DNA of 58,387 bases, counting the filler, from Sphacelaria rigidula (lineage: Eukaryota), in the NCBI GenBank assembly GCA_964200075.2. It is 4 parts of 4 records of this genome, joined end to end, with 100 filler letters (N's around TTAATTAATTAA, not from the genome) between each part and the next. Parts side by side here need not be neighbours in the genome. Positions count along the whole stretch, not along the records: positions 43,871 to 58,387 come from CAXNAA020002211.1; 3 more parts are not named here. The stretch is one strand, 5' to 3'. The notes below the pieces were generated by a model. The model did no database searches. It had not been told where the DNA came from and was given only the letters and a program-made list of their open reading frames with translations. Shown piece by piece: positions 52,501-58,387 of the stretch (the stretch's first letter is position 1; every line of letters begins with the position of its first letter). A program made the position numbers and the translations under genes.

Positions 52501-53278
52501 ACGCGCACGGTGCCGTTGAACCCTCGACAGAATTTAAATCCCTCGCCCTCCTTAAGCACGGCTGAGTCACCCCGAGAAAGCACGCTTGGTGTCTGAACAT
52601 CAGGCATACAAGTGGCATGGGGTCGAGTACAGCTTGGACTATTCATCCTCTCTGGGTATAACTGTGTTTTCAAGTATCACCACGGACCGAAACGGTGTAG
52701 CTCGGCCATGCGAGTCTCTGCCGAAAAGTTTCAATGGTTAAGCGGCGCAATCGGATACAAGCAACAGACAAGGACGACACGCGATACATACGTGTAGTTG
52801 ACTGTAGACGGCTAATGGTCGGCGACATCATACCTGCTGTTCCCGGATTATCATCACCGGATTCGCTCCAACGACGCTCAGGCGAATGCTTCGTGGAGAC
52901 GTCCCAGGTAGCGCTTCGACGCAGAGATGCTCTCTACTCACAGCTTTATTGTTGAGACGAGAACGCAAAAACGAAGAGCTGAAGTTTACCCGGCCGGAGA
53001 AACATGGGCGCGGGCAAGGCGGAGGGACGGAGACGGGGACGGGGACGGGTGCGGCGTGACTGCTTCAACGTCGGTAGGATTTGGCATCTGCTACCCCCGT
53101 GAAGAAGCAACACGAACAACCACATGTTGAAATTGAAAAAATCAGGTACGGAGGGGACACGAAGTAGTATAGATCACCTCTGTCCCCCTCGTCCGATGAG
53201 AATCTTGCTGTGAGCTCCGAGGGTGACGGGTTCCTCACCATCCACCAGCAATGCTACTGTGGTAACATCACCGCCCAT
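46536..53278 (-). pseudogene. Multi-exon FHA + low-complexity linker + ankyrin-like repeats + polyQ + two copies of an unrecognised domain; disrupted
   Basis: FHA motifs ILIGRG and AVSREHL...VGANP; in-frame phase-0 intron 51515-51683; in-frame TAG at 50114-50116; 11-bp frameshifting duplication at about 48708-48730. Confidence 0.65.
50114..51514 (-). CDS. Ankyrin-like repeat exon (about eight AA..GHL.VL.WARE.GCPW repeats) with Q-rich tail
   Basis: Repeats read directly in ORF 50114-51616; F-box-like FFAPVCKDWR segment precedes them. Confidence 0.9.
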   Translation of the reverse strand, partial: TTGLSAAAVPNPLVDHEDIIGTLAEFINDDEYLFFAPVCKDWRRAWGLRPHVTKPVTADRSVSQLLYCFECGLKRGTALCSAAARAGSLTLLRYLVAKSCPSSEDESSDAPRGGELEVEQLARDQGDHWVEKACLWAPECKHMSILECRANGCQWDRHICSSAARQGHLHVLQWARKNGCPWNEETCLECVRGGHLDVLKWAREHGCPWNEILCSEAAAHGHLEILQWARENGAPWNELELCRSASRRGQLHVLRWAREHGCPLHEDICAEAAKGGHVRVLQWARENGCPWNEGTCRAAAAEGNLVTLMWARANGCPWNAETISEAERNGHRDVLSWARENGCTASAANLAVDRSVPILHLQRQLIMEQEQQRQQRRRRQLLLQRRHQQQQQQQLDQQGNQALQPLPSSPLPSLHSEHQAQVHRVSQQSQQPDAFARSQHPSPHAGQKPGKEQKGESGHLPCSCIS

Positions 53279-53570
53279 TGTGGACGACGTTTCCTGATAC
53301 GTGATGAAGGTGGCCTGGAACAGTATGCAAGGGGGAGCAGACGCGTAATGCAGACAGGAACTCCTGGTTAAAATCAATAGTTAACAATGTCCATGTCTTC
53401 CCTCCCGCGGCTCGACGGGAAATGGCTGCGGGGGCGGGGGGGGGGGGGGGGGGGGGAAGGGAAAAAAACAGGGAGAAGGGGGAAAAATTTAAACTTAACA
53501 CAANNNNNNNNNNACGTAACGACGGGCGGAGCGGCGCGGGCCCGCCGCGGGGGGGGGCGGGGGGGAAGGG

Positions 53571-53602
<32 letters not shown>

Positions 53603-55289
53603 GAAGGGCAAAAAGCAGGGAGAAGGGGGACACATTTGAACTTAATCCAACACCGACGGCCTCAGGCGCTTGTTTCGGACCATGCGTGCGGCCTGCACTC
53701 GAATTCGTGAACACGACTACTAAATGAACAAACCATGACGGCGGGGTCCTCGTAGACCCATCTTGGCCACGTTCTCCACACTGTTCCACCTTTGCGCATT
53801 TCATGCTCATGGCGAATATCTTCGGGTCATCACTGATCGATACTCTTGTACTTCGCATGGTCTCAGCAGCTTCTTGGGGTCCTCACCCTTCATCAGCTTG
53901 CGGCTCGAAGAGAGCGCTGGAACCGAGCAAACTCCAACCATACCGACGATGGCCTCGGCAATGTACGTTGTGACATCGTCGTAAGCGCCATGTTGGGTAC
54001 AGTCTCTGCACTACTTCATGTATGCTGACATTTACTGACATTTACACTATGCTGTATGCGGAACAAAAGACAGTGCAGTACTGCTTGTGCTATAAATTCC
54101 CGACAGCACGGTAGACTCCAACCGATCACCAACCCCTGTCGCCATCCCGCGCGTGCGCAGGGATGGCGGAGGGAAGTCTGTTGGGAGTGAGGCGCTGGCG
54201 ATGTTTGAAATGGGTGTCGGGGGAGACCCAAGATGAGTAAGAAGGGCACCAGCATATTCTGAGCGTCTCTCCTGCGGTGTTTGCCAGCGGGCGTTTCTCT
54301 TGCCGCCGCCTCTTGGTTGAAAAATACGCTGCGAAAAAATCGATAGGTCTTGGCTTGTACCTTCTTGAAAAATCCAAGTCGGCGGTAGGCGTTCCTACTT
54401 TCACCACCTCTCGAAGGGGAAAACGCCGCGAGAAATCTGCTGGTTTGGGCTCGTATTTGCTTGAAAAAAAGTGACTTTGATAAAAATTATTGCTGGAAAA
54501 TACCAACCGTGACACACGCTCTCGATGTTTTCCCTTCTTCGACGAACGGCAGCGATGTTTCCTGTCCTTATTTAACGAGAAAAAAATTCAGTCTCCCGAG
54601 ATATGTTCAGTTCATTGAGCTCATGCTTTTCTCCACACCAGTTTTCAACGTACAACAGAAAGTGCGCCCAGCGGACGGAAAATTGCAACGGCACACCATG
54701 CGACAGTGGAACGGTCTGCTCTTCACAGATACCCACTGGAAAACAGTCCGCCAAAAAAACAAGTGAAGAGGCAAAGGACCTCTCCTCGAGAGAAGGCTCT
54801 CGACATCACGCAGCGGAGCGAGTAGACCATTCCCAAATAGGCGACAGGGACACATCCCTCACGAAGACTACGGAAAAGCTCACAGAGGAGATGAAACTTC
54901 TCACCGAAATAGCATATGCGCAAACGAAAACAAATAACCCATAACGGAGGAAGGGATGCGCCGAAAAAATACAGACGACCACCGTGCTTTGAACAGAATG
55001 TGATTGCAACATTAACGAAAAGACAGAAGGAAAAAATACAGGAACAGGAAGCGGAAAACACCCGCCACATAAGATGTGCCAACCCCGAAGACATGAAGGG
55101 TCTACATCTACCGTCTGCACCACATCATACGCTTTTATTGGCACGACCAACGCACTGATTTCTTTGCTGAAATTGGGCCATGCGCGTTGGTAGGGCAAAT
55201 ATTCGCGCTGTGTGCGTGAGCTAGGCTCGAAAATGTTGCCTGGCAAACACCATGACTCAAGACCCAAATAAAGCAGGGCGCACTGCTAG

Positions 55290-55742
55290 ACCATCTTGTA
55301 TGGCTACCAATCCATATTTGTACAGATATCAAGATTTCAGCCCGTGTAAATCCGATTTTCTACCGTGCATTCATTCTCGGACCCAAGTGGGCAATCTTCT
55401 TCACCTAGCTCCGGGGGAGCCAGATCAGTTCTCCGATTCTCCGGACGCTGACTATTTATTTTCCATCACCTCTCTGCTCAGATCGGGAGACTCCCGCATC
55501 TCCCCCGATTTGGGCCCAGATTCGCGAGAGATGCAGAGATCTCCCGATCTGAGCAGGAAGGTGATGGGAAAAAAGTCAGCGTACAGAGAATCGGAGGTTT
55601 ATTGATCTGGTTTGCTCAAAGCTGGGTGAAAAACATTGCCCGACGGACTGGGATCCGAAAAATGAATCCACGGGAGAAAATGGTCTTTACACGGGCTGAA
55701 ATTTTCATGTTTGTACGAACACGGTTTCCACACAAAATGGTC
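55290..55742. mobile_element. Foldback element
   Basis: ATTTCAGCCCGTGTAAA mirrored by TTTACACGGGCTGAAAT; ends GACCAT...ATGGTC. Confidence 0.8.
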
Positions 55743-57523
55743 GTCCCATCATGATTTTCACTGTGAAATTCCCCAACTTCGGTGGTTGCACCATCACTGG
55801 TCGAGTCAGGGGGAACATGAGCTCAACAACTCTTGTTCATCACTCAAACATACCAGAAGTAAAAACCAGGGCTCTCCAGAGTAGGGGAATCTCAAAGGAT
55901 GTGATTTCGGATGGAACGTACCCTCAGTGCCACACTCCTCGTCCCATGTCATAACATTTTTCAGGCAACGGAAAGTATCTGTACCGCACGGGCCTCGCTC
56001 GTGGTTTTTCTGTTTTCGCTTCATTTTAAAAGGAACGTGTGATTGTGCCAAGTGACAGTCGTGCGAGATTCGGAAGATGATTATTGTGGACGTGGACAAA
56101 CATCCGTTGGCATGGGCCCTAGGCACAAGTGGCGACAGAGAAAGCTTTTCAGCTACGTGCGGCGCAGTATTTTGCTCCCGTTGAGCGAGGCTGGCGCTCC
56201 CTCGTGATCTCAATGCATCATGTAGCTGTACGTGGGTACTGCGGGGCTTAGCAGTGTTGGGAGACGGTTACGCGCCGCATTTTTGCTCATCATGGCTTCT
56301 GAAGCGTTCAGCAACAGATAGCCAAATGCTATCGCAGCAAAGTTGCACGCATGACGGGATTGTGAAGTAGACGCACTCGCCGCCACGGTTCACTGCGGGT
56401 GGCTCGTTCGTATGTTAGCTCGTGCTTATCCTTTTCGGTTGGCTGCTGGGCTACATCGCACAGGATTTGACAAGCGGATGGGAAGTTTTGCCGTACACAG
56501 CGGCGATGGCAATATATTATACTGCACTGCTCTGCACTGCCGTATATACATCACCGTAACGAACGTTACTGTACTATCCTACTCTCTGTTGTCACTGTAC
56601 TCGAAGAGTAGTGTAAAGCTGCACTGGTACTGAACTATTATCGCACACAGTTGACTGCTCGCAATATCGACTGTACCATATACTACCACACGGCTTTGTC
56701 GTGTGCTGTCACGATGGATTGTGCTGCACTGGATCACCTCGGGGTACCACGGTACGACACTGTACTCCAAGGATGATTCACCCGCCTGCTCTTCGGCTTC
56801 ACTAGAACGCGATACCGTTCGTGTAAGGAACTGCTTTGCATCATGTTTGTGAGACCATCAACGGGTTCCCAAGTATCTGACGTTCGCAAATTTCACTCCT
56901 CCCGATTTTGCACAGATAGGGGTCTCCACACAATTGAGACCCGTCCTCATGAAAACAGTGCGATTGATCGCGTTTTTCCTTTTGAGGTTCGTCGAGGGCT
57001 GCTTCTGGGTGCTCAACGCTCGTCCGAACCAAGCTAGAAAACTCCGTACGTCAAACGAGCACGAGTATGATTCGTGGCACTCGCTCTCCTTCGGCTGTTG
57101 GTTGGCCGATTCGGAGGTCCTCGAGCACCGAGTCATTGCTTGTTGTGGTTTCAAAAACTTAAACGGGTGCACTCGGGTCGACGAGCAAAGACTCATGCAG
57201 TGTGTGAAAAATTCATCATTCCGGAGGAGAAGTAATTGTACACGGAGGAACGAGTCGTCGAGCATATCAAACGCAACGTAAAATGGATGCCACGTGTGCA
57301 CTTTTCGAGTCTTGATGGGGGCTGACCACACACCAGCAGGGTCATCCGTTATGAATAGGCGTTTGACGCAGTAGCACTAGCCTGTTTGAGTGATTTCATG
57401 TCATTTCATATCGCGATCAACCTGTCCACTAGCGAGTCTAATGCGTCAAGCATCTAACGATCATGATCAACTCACTACCTCCGGGAATAAAAAATAACAA
57501 TCTTCGTCGCACCACAGGTATGA

Positions 57524-58387
57524 CGAGCTGGGCCAGCCTAGAGGCGGATTTGAAGTTTGCAGGCCCATGCTCTTTTATACATTTAGAGTTGGGCCCTGAA
57601 ATTCGGTATGGATAGTGCATAGGGCATAAGAAAAAAAATTACTGCAGTACCAATTTTTTTTTTTTCCATGAGTTAAGGACATTTGGGTGATACTGAAAAC
57701 CGATAATTGCCCTTAACTCATGAAAAAAAAACTCTTTTGGTACTTCGGTAATTTTTTTTCTTATGCCCTATGCACTATCCATACCAAATTTCAGGGCCCA
57801 ACTCTAAACGTATAAAAGAGCATGGGCTTATCAAAAAGCGGGTCGGTAGAAATTCAGAACAGTATTTTGCAGGCCACTCACACGCCTCACGTTTGGTTTT
57901 CGTGTATTGAAATTTGGTGTGGGCGCTCTCTGAGGCATAATTAACAAAAAAAGTGGGTCAGATTCATTTTTTTCTTTTTATTCACTGGTTTACGGCGTTC
58001 TGCTATGGTCAGGACCAATTTTTCACGAGAACGTCCGAACCTCCATGAAAAAAAAAAATGAAGGCCCATTTTTTCTTCTTCGGCACACGATTGTGGTTCC
58101 CCATGATAATTTTCAAATCACAATTCTAGAAATTGAGCTACAACAGTGCGATAAGGCTTAAGAGCAACGTTAATTTTCCCTCGAAACTCCACTAAAAACA
58201 CAAAAAAATGAAAAAAAATTGAGAAAAGGTAGAAAGTCATTTTATTTCATTTTATTATGCACTAGCGGTACACAAAATTTTATCGAACCCTAAAAAAATG
58301 AGACGCAGTGTCCAGATTAAGGGCATCTAGTGCATCTGCTCGTAATATATTGATTTTAGTTAAGAAACTTATGTGCGCCATATCTCG
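57524..58387 (-). mobile_element. Tc1/mariner-like non-autonomous element, inverted relative of 23631-24478, cut by the window end
   Basis: Starts CGAGCTGGGCCAGCC; 57550-58100 aligns with the reverse complement of 23890-24450. Confidence 0.8.

Noticed and set aside
53390-53650. Duplicated G-rich block and poly-Pro/Gly ORFs
   Set aside because: Two noisy versions flank a 10-N gap; probably overlapping low-quality read ends

Overview
Repeat-rich eukaryotic DNA, most likely brown alga (Phaeophyceae). This is inferred from the GCPW-type ankyrin repeats, RTE/Copia remnants and spliceosomal introns. The window is not one locus: four contigs of 14526, 14524, 14520 and 14517 bp, sorted by length, are joined by 100-bp N/TTAATTAATTAA/N linkers. 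Recognisable genes and remnants: a spliced CCDC24-like gene (+, 34.4-38.3 kb); a disrupted FHA + ankyrin + polyQ gene ending in two copies of an unrecognised domain (-, 46.5-53.3 kb); a Copia RT remnant; a gag remnant; an XPG/PIN nuclease + Cys-cluster (Academ-like) remnant; RTE LINE ends; a tRNA-derived SINE pair; and many MITE/foldback elements. The most unusual signal is that unrecognised domain, which recurs as decayed copies in at least three contigs. One copy is interleaved antisense with the CCDC24-like exons. All alignments were made by eye and no database searches were run.
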